Source of the DNA: Cyanobacteriota bacterium
GTDB lineage: Bacteria > Cyanobacteriota > Cyanobacteriia > Cyanobacteriales > Nostocaceae
DNA: 64,000 bases
Direction: 5' to 3'
Assembly: GCA_046045965.1 (NCBI GenBank)
Contig: JBJOKS010000001.1
Location: 64,001-128,000 of the forward strand
The position numbers and the translations under genes were made by a program. The notes below the pieces were generated by a model, which worked only from the letters and a program-made list of their open reading frames with translations, was not told the DNA's origin and did not search any database. Shown here one piece after another: positions 33,320 to 42,640 of this stretch; within the stretch, counting starts at the first letter, position 1; each line of letters starts with the position of its first letter.

Positions 33320-34804
33320 CTAGGAAAAATGAAATCCATCGTTTCTCTTAAATCCTTCACTTTCTAAAGTAACAGATACTCTTTGTTCTTCGCTCACTTT
33401 GAAAGTAACTTTAATGTCTCCTCCTTGAAGATGCTCAGGTAATTCGGTAATATTAATAGTTCCTACTAAGGAGTTATCTTTAACTAGTTTGGATGACCCT
33501 TGATAGACGTTGATATCTAAAGCATCTACATTATTGCTAATAGTAAATATTTGACTTCCTTCGCAGGGGGTTTTCCGATTTGCGGCAATTAACGGATGGA
33601 ATTTACCACCGATTATTTCAATACCTAAAGCATGGCAAGTACGCCTAAAGATTTTCACTTCTCGCCCGAAAACTTCTCTGTCATCAAGATAGGCTGCATA
33701 GATCGCTGCTCCCTCGGCTACACAGAGGGACAAATTACTATTAGCATAAATCTTTTGATCACCGAAAATATCACTCAATAAAGCTCTCATGCAGGGAATA
33801 TTACTGGAACTGCCAGCTAAAATTACGCGATCTACAGCTGATGAATTTAAATTAGTATCATCCCAAATTTTTTCAATTATGCCCTTGATTTTATTAACGT
33901 AAGGCTGAAGCAAATTTTCAAGTTCTGAACGAGTTACAATGGTATCTGTTGGCTGTCCAGGAATTGCTTCAAATATGACATCAGCTATTTGTGCGGCGCT
34001 GAGGGTATGTTTCGCTTCTATCGCTACTTCTGTAAGTTTGTGTTGAGCTTTGCGTAATGATTTTTCATCTAAGTTAGATAAATTTAACTTACCTTTATTG
34101 ATGAATAATTTTACTAGTTCTTGATCAAAGTCCATTCCTCCTAGTCGATCATCTCCACCTGTTCCTAACACTTCAAAAAGTAGATTATCTGGTGTTTGTT
34201 CTAGTCGAAATAGAGTTAAATCAAAAGTACCACCTCCTAAATCAAATACCAAAATATTTTCTGCATGGGTTCTGTCTGGATAGTCTTGAACCAACTGCCA
34301 AGTATATGCAAGAGAGGCAGCAATGGGTTCTTGTAAGATGTCGGAAAAGTTAATATCAGCTAATAAGGCTGCCTGGCGGGTATTTTCACATTGATGGGCT
34401 TTAAAATAGTAAGGTACAGTTACAACTGTGCCACGACTTTGGAGTTTACCTGCATATTGCTTATCTTTGATATCACTGTATAGATACTGGAGAATTTTGG
34501 CTGATATTTCAATTGGGGAAAATTCTTGTCCTCCTAGTACAATTCTTTGTGTAGCATCATCCATCAAACGTTTAACACCTTGAATCATATTTTCTGGAAA
34601 TGTAAAACCTTTGCGATATGCAGTGACTCCTACTAAAGATTCTTTTTTTGTTGGATCATTGTAAAATACTGATTGCAGAGTAGAACCAGCAGGGCTAAAT
34701 ATTTGATAAGCTCTTGGTCCTCTACCATCCCAACGAGCGATCGCACTAAATGTTGTTCCTAAGTCAATACCTAAAACGGGATTCAATTGATGATCAACAG
34801 GCAT
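33320..34804 (-). CDS. Hsp70-family protein C (494 aa, no lid)
   Basis: GIDLGTT, TVPYYF, FDLGGGTFD and GGMDFD; LAGSSSNIP replaces LVGGSTRIP. Confidence 0.88.
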   Translation of the reverse strand: MPVDHQLNPVLGIDLGTTFSAIARWDGRGPRAYQIFSPAGSTLQSVFYNDPTKKESLVGVTAYRKGFTFPENMIQGVKRLMDDATQRIVLGGQEFSPIEISAKILQYLYSDIKDKQYAGKLQSRGTVVTVPYYFKAHQCENTRQAALLADINFSDILQEPIAASLAYTWQLVQDYPDRTHAENILVFDLGGGTFDLTLFRLEQTPDNLLFEVLGTGGDDRLGGMDFDQELVKLFINKGKLNLSNLDEKSLRKAQHKLTEVAIEAKHTLSAAQIADVIFEAIPGQPTDTIVTRSELENLLQPYVNKIKGIIEKIWDDTNLNSSAVDRVILAGSSSNIPCMRALLSDIFGDQKIYANSNLSLCVAEGAAIYAAYLDDREVFGREVKIFRRTCHALGIEIIGGKFHPLIAANRKTPCEGSQIFTISNNVDALDINVYQGSSKLVKDNSLVGTINITELPEHLQGGDIKVTFKVSEEQRVSVTLESEGFKRNDGFHFS

Positions 34805-34840
34805 AGTATCAAACCACTAATTTACTAATTTACTAATTAA

Positions 34841-35968
34841 CTAATTTTTCACAACGATGACTTCAGCACAGCGCAAAACTATTCGACTATCTGACGCTAA
34901 TTCATATTCATATCCGGCTCTACTAACTTCTTTGATGTCTTCAGTTGTTAATGTTTCATCTGGTTCAATATCTATAGGTTCATGTCGGTCATAATCAATT
35001 GGATTTCCTTTTTCAACTTGCATTCTATAAACACCAAATTTGTTTAATAAAGATAGAATCTTTTCCTGTAATTGAGCGTAGGTATCAAACCATAGTTGTA
35101 AATTCTCTGCTTGTTCTGGCTCTGCTTGTTCTGGAACTTCTTTTTCCATTGACTGAATTAGTGGCTCTGAAAATTGTTTACCACTATCTAAGGCATCTAT
35201 AATTGGTAGCATTTTTTTCTCAAGAAATTGCAGGAAACGTTTGCGTCTATTTTGGGCTGTTTCCCGCATTTTTCCCACTAAATGCCAGCGTTCATTTCCG
35301 CGTAGTTTCAATTGAGAGTCTAAAACTTTTTTGGCTGATGCTTCATCTACTTCCTGAACAATTAATTGACTCAACTCCTGTTCTGTAATTATCAAATGAT
35401 CTATAGATTCTCTGACTACGGTTTCTGTAATTTCTTGTGCTTGTTCTCGCAAGCGTTCTACCATTCTGCCAATAATTTCTAACCCTTCATTTCTACCTTG
35501 AATTTTTGCTTGTAATTCCTGTGGTAGAGATAATTTTAATTCTTGACTATTCGTTAATATGGCTTTGGTATCCTCAAGAAATAATGGCAACTCGTTGAAA
35601 ATTTCTTGTCCTTTCTGTTGCCATTGACAAGCTTGCTCGTAGTATTGTTCTAATTCTTGAATATCCGATTCCTGACTTTCTTTTTCCTGTTGCCAAGCTA
35701 AAGTAACTAATGCTGATAAGTCTTTAATCTTGGGAATATTATGCAGTGGCTGTTCTGTATTTGTTTCTAAATTAGCTGGTTCAGTGTTTGGTTGTTCACT
35801 GTTTTCTAACAAATTTTCTAATCCTGTTGATGTCTCTGTTGAATTAGGATCATTAGATCCAACCTCAATTGGATTATCTGGGTTTTGTTGATCTTGATCA
35901 GTTGCTAGAGTATCGTTATCCTGTGCAGAAGAATTCGATTGGATAGGGTTTGCAGAATTGTTTGTCAT
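34841..35968 (-). CDS. Extended GrpE-like nucleotide exchange factor
   Basis: MLPIIDALD and C-terminal GNPIDYDRHEP...EVSRAGY...VLRCAEVIV match the GrpE beta domain. Confidence 0.75.
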   Translation of the reverse strand: MTNNSANPIQSNSSAQDNDTLATDQDQQNPDNPIEVGSNDPNSTETSTGLENLLENSEQPNTEPANLETNTEQPLHNIPKIKDLSALVTLAWQQEKESQESDIQELEQYYEQACQWQQKGQEIFNELPLFLEDTKAILTNSQELKLSLPQELQAKIQGRNEGLEIIGRMVERLREQAQEITETVVRESIDHLIITEQELSQLIVQEVDEASAKKVLDSQLKLRGNERWHLVGKMRETAQNRRKRFLQFLEKKMLPIIDALDSGKQFSEPLIQSMEKEVPEQAEPEQAENLQLWFDTYAQLQEKILSLLNKFGVYRMQVEKGNPIDYDRHEPIDIEPDETLTTEDIKEVSRAGYEYELASDSRIVLRCAEVIVVKN

Positions 35969-35996
35969 TTTATTATTGTTTTTATCACTAATTTGC

Positions 35997-37610
35997 TTAC
36001 GCGCGAGTTATTTCTAATTCATCAGCAGAACTTGAACTAACCGCCTGAACTTTCAGTAAGTTTTGTTGATCGATAGCAAAGGTAACTGTAATCTTTTCTT
36101 GTCCTTTGGATTTCGGGGGAATTTTAGTTAAGAAAAACTCACCAATACACTTGACTCCTTGATCATTGACGTATTCTACAAGTTCTGTTGACTGATAGAT
36201 ACGAATGACTAACTCTGTCATATTATCGCGGGAAGTAGTATAGTCTTTCTTTTCAATCAGAGGCTGATCTGTGGGAATTTCTAAATCTTTTTTTAGTAAA
36301 CAACTAAATTTACCACCTGCTATTTCAATACCTAAGAAATGTGTAACAATGTTGTTGATGGTGACTGTGCCTTTAAATTGGTCTTCAGGATTAACATTTT
36401 CTGTTTCTGGAATTTTGTCTGATGGTACTCCTAAATTAGCTCCAAAAATTGCTGCTCCTCTGGCTACTGCTGTATCTGGATCTGTGTCGGCATACGGCTC
36501 TTTACCAAACATTTCTGTGAGCATGGTTCTCACTAATGGAACTCGACTAGAACCACCAATCATGATGATCCGATCAATATCACCAATTTCTAATTTGGCA
36601 CTAGCTAAAGCTTGTTGTAATGCTTGTTTTGATTGCAAAATTAAATCTTTAATAGCAGTGTTGAAATCTTCACGAGTAATTTCTAATTCCAAGTTATACA
36701 TATTGCCTGATTCATCTGCAATCAAATTAGGCAGATCAATTTTTGCTGTTTGAGCTTCGCTCAGTTCCCATTTAGCTTTTTCTGCTTCCTCTTTTAATTT
36801 CTGTTGAGCGTTACGAATTTTATTGGGGCTAATTCCTTGATCTTTTTTGTCGTCTAAAAGATTAATGCCAGAAGTTTCTAGCAGTTTGGCGGCGGCAATT
36901 TTCATAATTTCATAGTCGAAATCGTCTCCACCTAATTGAGAGATTCCTGCTTTAGCAAGAATTTCAAAACAACTGGTTGATTCAAGGGAGGAATTGAGTT
37001 TAAGTATACAGACATCGAAAGTTCCACCACCAATGTCGTAGACTAAAATTGTCTGATTTCGTTGTTTTTCCATGCCATAGGCGATGGCTGCGGCTACGGG
37101 TTCTTCTAATAGGTAAAGTACCTCTAAATTCGCCAGTTCACTGGCTTTGATAGTGGCTGTTTTCTGTGCATCGTTAAAGTTGGCAGGAATGCAAATCACC
37201 GCATAGCGGGGTGTACCCCTGAGCTTATCAACATCTTGGGCAGCTTCCGCAGTTAACTTTGACAAAATTTCCGCGGAAATATCGACTGGTGTATATTTTT
37301 TTCCAGGGGATGCGGGAAACTCTTTTGTCCATTCCGTTCCCATCTCCCTTTTGATTGATTTCACCAGATTATCTGGATCGATAAGTAAGCGTTTACGCGC
37401 TTTCTTTCCCACTACCATTTCCCCAGCTTCTTGATCTTTAGGGATGTAAACCACAGAGGGACACATTTTTTCCCCTTCTATGGGTAGGATTTCAGCTACA
37501 CCTTTTCTAAAGATAGCGATCGCTGAGTTAGATGTACCTAAATCAATACCTAAAATATAAGGACTGTTTTTCGGTGCTATTGTCATAGATTTAAACAAGT
37601 CAATGGTCAA
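35997..37610 (-). CDS. Hsp70-family protein B (537 aa, no lid)
   Basis: GIDLGTSNS, YDIGGGTFD, GGDDFD and IGGSSRVP. Confidence 0.9.
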   Translation of the reverse strand: MTIDLFKSMTIAPKNSPYILGIDLGTSNSAIAIFRKGVAEILPIEGEKMCPSVVYIPKDQEAGEMVVGKKARKRLLIDPDNLVKSIKREMGTEWTKEFPASPGKKYTPVDISAEILSKLTAEAAQDVDKLRGTPRYAVICIPANFNDAQKTATIKASELANLEVLYLLEEPVAAAIAYGMEKQRNQTILVYDIGGGTFDVCILKLNSSLESTSCFEILAKAGISQLGGDDFDYEIMKIAAAKLLETSGINLLDDKKDQGISPNKIRNAQQKLKEEAEKAKWELSEAQTAKIDLPNLIADESGNMYNLELEITREDFNTAIKDLILQSKQALQQALASAKLEIGDIDRIIMIGGSSRVPLVRTMLTEMFGKEPYADTDPDTAVARGAAIFGANLGVPSDKIPETENVNPEDQFKGTVTINNIVTHFLGIEIAGGKFSCLLKKDLEIPTDQPLIEKKDYTTSRDNMTELVIRIYQSTELVEYVNDQGVKCIGEFFLTKIPPKSKGQEKITVTFAIDQQNLLKVQAVSSSSADELEITRA

Positions 37611-37660
37611 ATAATTAGTCGTTAAATAAATCGAAAGCTATCTCGACTCTTGATTTATGG

Positions 37661-39193
37661 TTAAATGTTAGTATCAATAGTCACGGTTTTTGCATTAATC
37701 CTCCCAGTATTAATCAACTGATTTACCAGTGTTATGTGCAAAGCACCACCATTTTCGGCTGCATACTCTAAAATAGGTGTGATCACTTCACTTCTTGGTA
37801 ATTCCACCATCGTAAACTTGAGGATGCCATCAGCGTCTAAATTAAAGATCACTCCCAAAGGTACTTCTTCAGACTGAGGTGTAATTGGGAGAATTAGCTG
37901 CCCCAGTTGAGTATTTTTCTGGGGATCAGGATGTTCACCGCGAAAGACGCTAACACGTACTCGTTCTTGCCAAGGGCGAGATGTAGTAGCAAATCTGCCA
38001 TATTGGCAGGGATAGGGAGTTTGGCGAGGAATAACGGCTACAAATACTAGTTCTTCTTCACCATTGTTTTCCTGAAGCATATCTACGCCATAAGTGTGCG
38101 GTGTGACATCTGTCACTTCCACAGGCAAATTATCTACTATGCTTGCTGCCACAATTGCTGCCCCATGTGCCACAACTTCATCTACTCGGTCTGCGGTAAA
38201 GGGGTCTTTAATTTCCTGGGAAACAATTTCTCTAACTGCGCGGTTTCTGGTTGAACCTCCAACTAAAATTACGCGATCAATATCCCCTGCACTCATCCCC
38301 GCATCTCGCAGTGCATCGCGCATACACTGGATAGTTTTTTGCAGCAAGGGTTCTATCAGTTTGTTGTATTGAGATAATGATAATTCCAGTTCTAAAGGAT
38401 GACCCAAACAATCAGAGATTTCGATCAAGGCGGTTTCTGCTTGGGAAAGTTCTATTTTGGCTACTTCTGCGGCTTCTTTCAATCTCTGTCGAGCAATTTT
38501 TCCCTTGCGGCTAGAGTTATTGAGCAAATCAATCCCGGTTTTTGCTTGAAATTGGCTACTTGCCCAAAACATAATGGCTTCATCGAAGTCATCTCCACCT
38601 AAGCAACTGTCTCCACCTACTGCTTTGACTTTAAACTCATTTTGTTGGACTGTGAGGATGGAAACGTCAAATGTGCCGCCACCTAAGTCATAGACCATGA
38701 GAGTTTGGTCTTTACCTTTATCAAAACCGTAAGCGATCGCAGCTGCTGTTGGTTCAGGAATCAGTTTAAGAACATTCAAACCAGCTTTCTCCCCTGCTCT
38801 TTTCGTATCTTCCTTTTGAGCTTCTGTGAAGTAAGCAGGAACTGTAATTACTACATCTCGGATCGGCTGTCCTAGTTCTTTTTCCGCACATTCCACTAGA
38901 CGTTTTAGTATCATACTACCGATGTCCAATGGGGTCAGAGTCTTACCACCTACACGGTAAATTTGACTGCGATCGCCCATAAACCTCTTCGCTGAAGCAA
39001 CGGAATTCTCAGGATCTATTAATAACTTCGCTTTTGCAGATTGTCCCACCAACATACTTCCATCGTTACGGAAGGATACCACAGAAGGTAGAGTCGGACG
39101 ACCATCAATTAATAATGTTTCTACTACTCCTCTACGAAATACAGATATGACGGAATTAGTAGTTCCCAAATCAATACCGACAGCGTAAGCCAT
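37661..39193 (-). CDS. Hsp70-family protein A (510 aa, no canonical lid)
   Basis: GIDLGTTNS, TVPAYF, EPTAAA, YDLGGGTFD and LVGGSTR; AAGGA RBS. Confidence 0.92.
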   Translation of the reverse strand: MAYAVGIDLGTTNSVISVFRRGVVETLLIDGRPTLPSVVSFRNDGSMLVGQSAKAKLLIDPENSVASAKRFMGDRSQIYRVGGKTLTPLDIGSMILKRLVECAEKELGQPIRDVVITVPAYFTEAQKEDTKRAGEKAGLNVLKLIPEPTAAAIAYGFDKGKDQTLMVYDLGGGTFDVSILTVQQNEFKVKAVGGDSCLGGDDFDEAIMFWASSQFQAKTGIDLLNNSSRKGKIARQRLKEAAEVAKIELSQAETALIEISDCLGHPLELELSLSQYNKLIEPLLQKTIQCMRDALRDAGMSAGDIDRVILVGGSTRNRAVREIVSQEIKDPFTADRVDEVVAHGAAIVAASIVDNLPVEVTDVTPHTYGVDMLQENNGEEELVFVAVIPRQTPYPCQYGRFATTSRPWQERVRVSVFRGEHPDPQKNTQLGQLILPITPQSEEVPLGVIFNLDADGILKFTMVELPRSEVITPILEYAAENGGALHITLVNQLINTGRINAKTVTIDTNI

Positions 39194-39452
39194 AATTTTT
39201 CCTTATTTAATATTTAAATGTGCGTTGCTTAATTCCAGATTAATTGTCTTGTCATACCGCCCCTATCCCATAACAAAGATACGATCATGATATAGCTAAT
39301 GTTTGAGTTAATATCTATACCCACATGAAAATTTAAATGTTTTAGCTGCTTATTTAAATTTATTATAAAGTAGTTATATTTTACAAGTAATTTTGGGTAC
39401 ATTTAAGATTAAACTCGTAAAGTACACAGTATAGAACTAACAGTGGTTAGCT

Positions 39453-40013
39453 ATGAAAAACCAGCTACTGAATACGATTCTGACAGGAACAGCTATTACA
39501 TTAGCCTCTAGTTTACTGTCAAGCACTCCCGCTCAAGCTCAAGCAACGGCTTTTGTTTGTGGACAAAGCAACAATGTTCCAGCAACAATGGCTCAAACAG
39601 CAAGAGGTAATGTCCCCGTGATCCGTTGGAATTCTGACTATTTCGCAGCTGCTGGATATGATCCACAAACACGCTGTGAAATGGTATCACAAAGATTCCA
39701 AACTTTCCTCCAAAAGAAGGCTTTGAACTATATCACCACTGGACTCATCAATGGACAAAAAGTTGTCTGTGTTGCTCGTTTTCAAGGAGGTGACTGCGCT
39801 CGTGACCTTCCAGAAGCAGGATTATTATTCACACTCAAACCAGAAAGCAATCCCGGCCAAACTCTACGACAGTTAATGCAAGTAAGAGTAGGTGCATCTG
39901 GACCATTGAATGAAAATGATGCCCGTGTTTATATCAACGTCAATGATTTTCTGAATACATCACCAGTAGAGGAAAACACTATGAATCCACCGGTTGAAAA
40001 AAGCCTCTTTTAA
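39453..40013 (+). CDS. COP23-domain secreted protein
   Basis: Signal peptide; FVC...VPAT...VIRW.S.YF...GYDPQTRC..VSQRFQ...VVCVA...LLFTLKP. Confidence 0.85.
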   Translation: MKNQLLNTILTGTAITLASSLLSSTPAQAQATAFVCGQSNNVPATMAQTARGNVPVIRWNSDYFAAAGYDPQTRCEMVSQRFQTFLQKKALNYITTGLINGQKVVCVARFQGGDCARDLPEAGLLFTLKPESNPGQTLRQLMQVRVGASGPLNENDARVYINVNDFLNTSPVEENTMNPPVEKSLF

Positions 40014-40941
40014 CTTCTTATTAATCTGTTCAACCATGCTAAAGAAGCTAGAACTTTTGATGAATAATCTTGAAGTTACCAAAGGAAAAGGTATGCTTTG
40101 GCTGACAATTACCTTGCTTATTTCTACTGCTGGATTATTCATAGGAGAGGCAGAACAGATCAAAACTCTAGCTTCTGCTGATTTAAATACTATTCAAACT
40201 GATTTTTCTGACAACACAGAGGTATTGACAAAAGAAATAATCCAGCAGTCTAATTTATCAAATACCATACCTGAATCCTTGGCAATAATCGCCAAATCAA
40301 TTACCGTCAAAGTCTTAGCTGGTGAGGGTTCTGGTTCAGGAATTTTAATTCAACGACAAGGAGATATTTATACTGTTCTGACTAATGATCATGTATTAAG
40401 CTTAGGTAATAAGTATCAGATCCAAACACCAGATGGAAAAATATATGCGGCTTCTCGTTATTCAGTAGAGTTGGAAAACAATGATTTAGGATTAATCCGT
40501 TTCCAAAGCAGCAACAAATCTTACAGTATTGCCTCTTTAGATAGTGGCAAAGACTTAATGGTTGGGGATCAGCTGTTTGCTGCTGGGTTTCCCATAGATA
40601 TCAAGGTTTTTGCTAATCAACAAGGCGATTATATGATCTCTCATCCAGAGGGGTTTGTACTTACTTATGGACGGGTATCATTAGTCAATGACAAAATTTT
40701 AGCAGGAGGGTATCAGCTAGGTTATACTAATGACATTCAAAAAGGAATGAGCGGCGGTCCTGTACTTAATTATCAGGGACAGGTAGTAGCAATCAACGGA
40801 ATGCACGCTTATCCTCTCTGGGGAGATCCTTATGTATATAAAGATGGTTCAAAACCTTGTACATTTATGCGAGATTTCATGATCCACTATAGTTGGGGCA
40901 TTCCTATGGAAACATTTATCAAAATAGCGCCCAAACTTTAA
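39994..40941 (+). CDS. Trypsin-like serine protease without PDZ (start uncertain, probably 40036-40093)
   Basis: GSG, LTNDHV, DLGLIRF and GMSGGP catalytic triad motifs. Confidence 0.88.
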   Translation: MKKASFNFLLICSTMLKKLELLMNNLEVTKGKGMLWLTITLLISTAGLFIGEAEQIKTLASADLNTIQTDFSDNTEVLTKEIIQQSNLSNTIPESLAIIAKSITVKVLAGEGSGSGILIQRQGDIYTVLTNDHVLSLGNKYQIQTPDGKIYAASRYSVELENNDLGLIRFQSSNKSYSIASLDSGKDLMVGDQLFAAGFPIDIKVFANQQGDYMISHPEGFVLTYGRVSLVNDKILAGGYQLGYTNDIQKGMSGGPVLNYQGQVVAINGMHAYPLWGDPYVYKDGSKPCTFMRDFMIHYSWGIPMETFIKIAPKL

Positions 40942-41003
40942 CTATTGCAATTATCGTTATCCATTATTTTGGCAAAAAAATTTATCAGTTAATGGAGATT
41001 TAG

Positions 41004-41639
41004 TTGATGAAAAGATTGAACAAACTAACATCCATATTCATCGGTACAGTAATGGTTCTAGCATTTTCCTCCGCAGGGTCAGCATCATCACAAGAAGCCA
41101 ATACTATTAATCAGGATGCTATTAAATTTGAAGGTTCTGACTACTTAACAGTAATTCAAGCCAGAATATTGATAGCCCAAGGACAGGCACTCTTGAATAT
41201 GGGCAGATACAGAGAAGCACTAGCAACATCTGATCGAGTCTTAGCAATTAAACCTACTGATTATCAGGCTTGGGAAATCAGAGGTAATGCTCTGAATAAA
41301 TTAGGTAGAGACAGGGAAGCTGTGACTGCTTATGAGCAAGCTTTGAAATTATTACAACAACCACAACAGAAATCTGTTCCAGGCAATAATACAGCCAAAG
41401 TAGAAAAACAATCAGAAATGTACCTGGGATTAATGCTGGATGATATTTGTAATCAAAACCAGAAATCCTATCCAATTCAGGGAAATAGATTGTCACAAAC
41501 TGAATCTGAATCTGTGAGTTTACCTGTATTTCCGAATATTAACTCAGGTTCAATCATCCCCAATTCAGAACCACAACTTAACATTCAGCCTTCCCCTATC
41601 ATCCCGCTAACTGAACCATTAAGACCTGCGCTTTGGTAA
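41004..41639 (+). CDS. Secreted TPR protein
   Basis: Signal peptide, two TPR units, Pro-rich tail. Confidence 0.8.
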   Translation: MMKRLNKLTSIFIGTVMVLAFSSAGSASSQEANTINQDAIKFEGSDYLTVIQARILIAQGQALLNMGRYREALATSDRVLAIKPTDYQAWEIRGNALNKLGRDREAVTAYEQALKLLQQPQQKSVPGNNTAKVEKQSEMYLGLMLDDICNQNQKSYPIQGNRLSQTESESVSLPVFPNINSGSIIPNSEPQLNIQPSPIIPLTEPLRPALW

Positions 41640-41695
41640 AATTGATAGGAATTATTTGAATATTAAATACATACATTTTGGTTGAACAAAAACTT

Positions 41696-42595
41696 ATGAA
41701 TCTGAAAAAACGAATTCCAAAAATAGTGAGTAGTGCAGGATTAGTAAGTACAATTTTCTTGATGATGCCAAAAATTGTAGTTGCACTACCCGGTAGTGAA
41801 GTCAGCAAAATTGCTGAACAGATTACGGTTCTTATTGATGGACAGAACCCTGGTTCTGGAGTAATTATTGGCAGAAAAGAAAAGTCTTATTACGTACTCA
41901 CTGCTAAACACGTGGTAGAAACACAGGATGAATACACAGTGCAAACATCAGATGGAAGCCGATATCAATTAAACTACAGCACTGTCAAAAAATTACCTAA
42001 TGTAGATTTAGCTGTTCTCCAATTTACAAGTAATAAAAATTATAACGTTGCCAAATTAGCTGATTCCGACCAAGTGGGTGTAGGTGTAAGTGTTTATATT
42101 GCTGGGTTTCCTAACCCTGGAAGAGAAATCACTCAGCGAATTTATCAGTTCACAAATGGAGAAGTATCAGGAAGACCAAAACCTGCTCTTAGAGATGGAT
42201 ATGCAATTGTTTATACTAATGTGACTAGAGCCGGCATGAGTGGTGGACCAGTATTAGATGCCAATGGTCGTGTCGTCGGTATTCATGGACGTGCTGAAAG
42301 TGAATCAGTTCCTACCAACGAATCAGGAACATCTGTTTCCAAACTTGGCTTTAATTTGGGAATCCCCATTAATACTTTTTTGAACTTAGCAAATAAAGTA
42401 GGAGTGAATCTAGGAGTACAAGCTGAAAAATCGCCCGTTGTTACTCAAACAAAGCCTCCCACTACTGTTTCCAGTCCTGTGTCAGAACCAAGTTCCACTC
42501 CTTCCTTTTCTCCGGGGACAATTCCACGACGACCGACACCCATACGTCCTACAAATCTACCACAAGCACCGGTTTGTGCTGGTAGTAAGTGTTAA
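41696..42595 (+). CDS. Secreted trypsin-like serine protease without PDZ
   Basis: LTAKHV, DLAVLQF and GMSGGP; Pro/Thr tail ending CAGSKC. Confidence 0.9.
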   Translation: MNLKKRIPKIVSSAGLVSTIFLMMPKIVVALPGSEVSKIAEQITVLIDGQNPGSGVIIGRKEKSYYVLTAKHVVETQDEYTVQTSDGSRYQLNYSTVKKLPNVDLAVLQFTSNKNYNVAKLADSDQVGVGVSVYIAGFPNPGREITQRIYQFTNGEVSGRPKPALRDGYAIVYTNVTRAGMSGGPVLDANGRVVGIHGRAESESVPTNESGTSVSKLGFNLGIPINTFLNLANKVGVNLGVQAEKSPVVTQTKPPTTVSSPVSEPSSTPSFSPGTIPRRPTPIRPTNLPQAPVCAGSKC

Positions 42596-42640
42596 TGCAA
42601 ATATGGTTTTTGAGTGAAATATACATAATCAAAACGAGGT

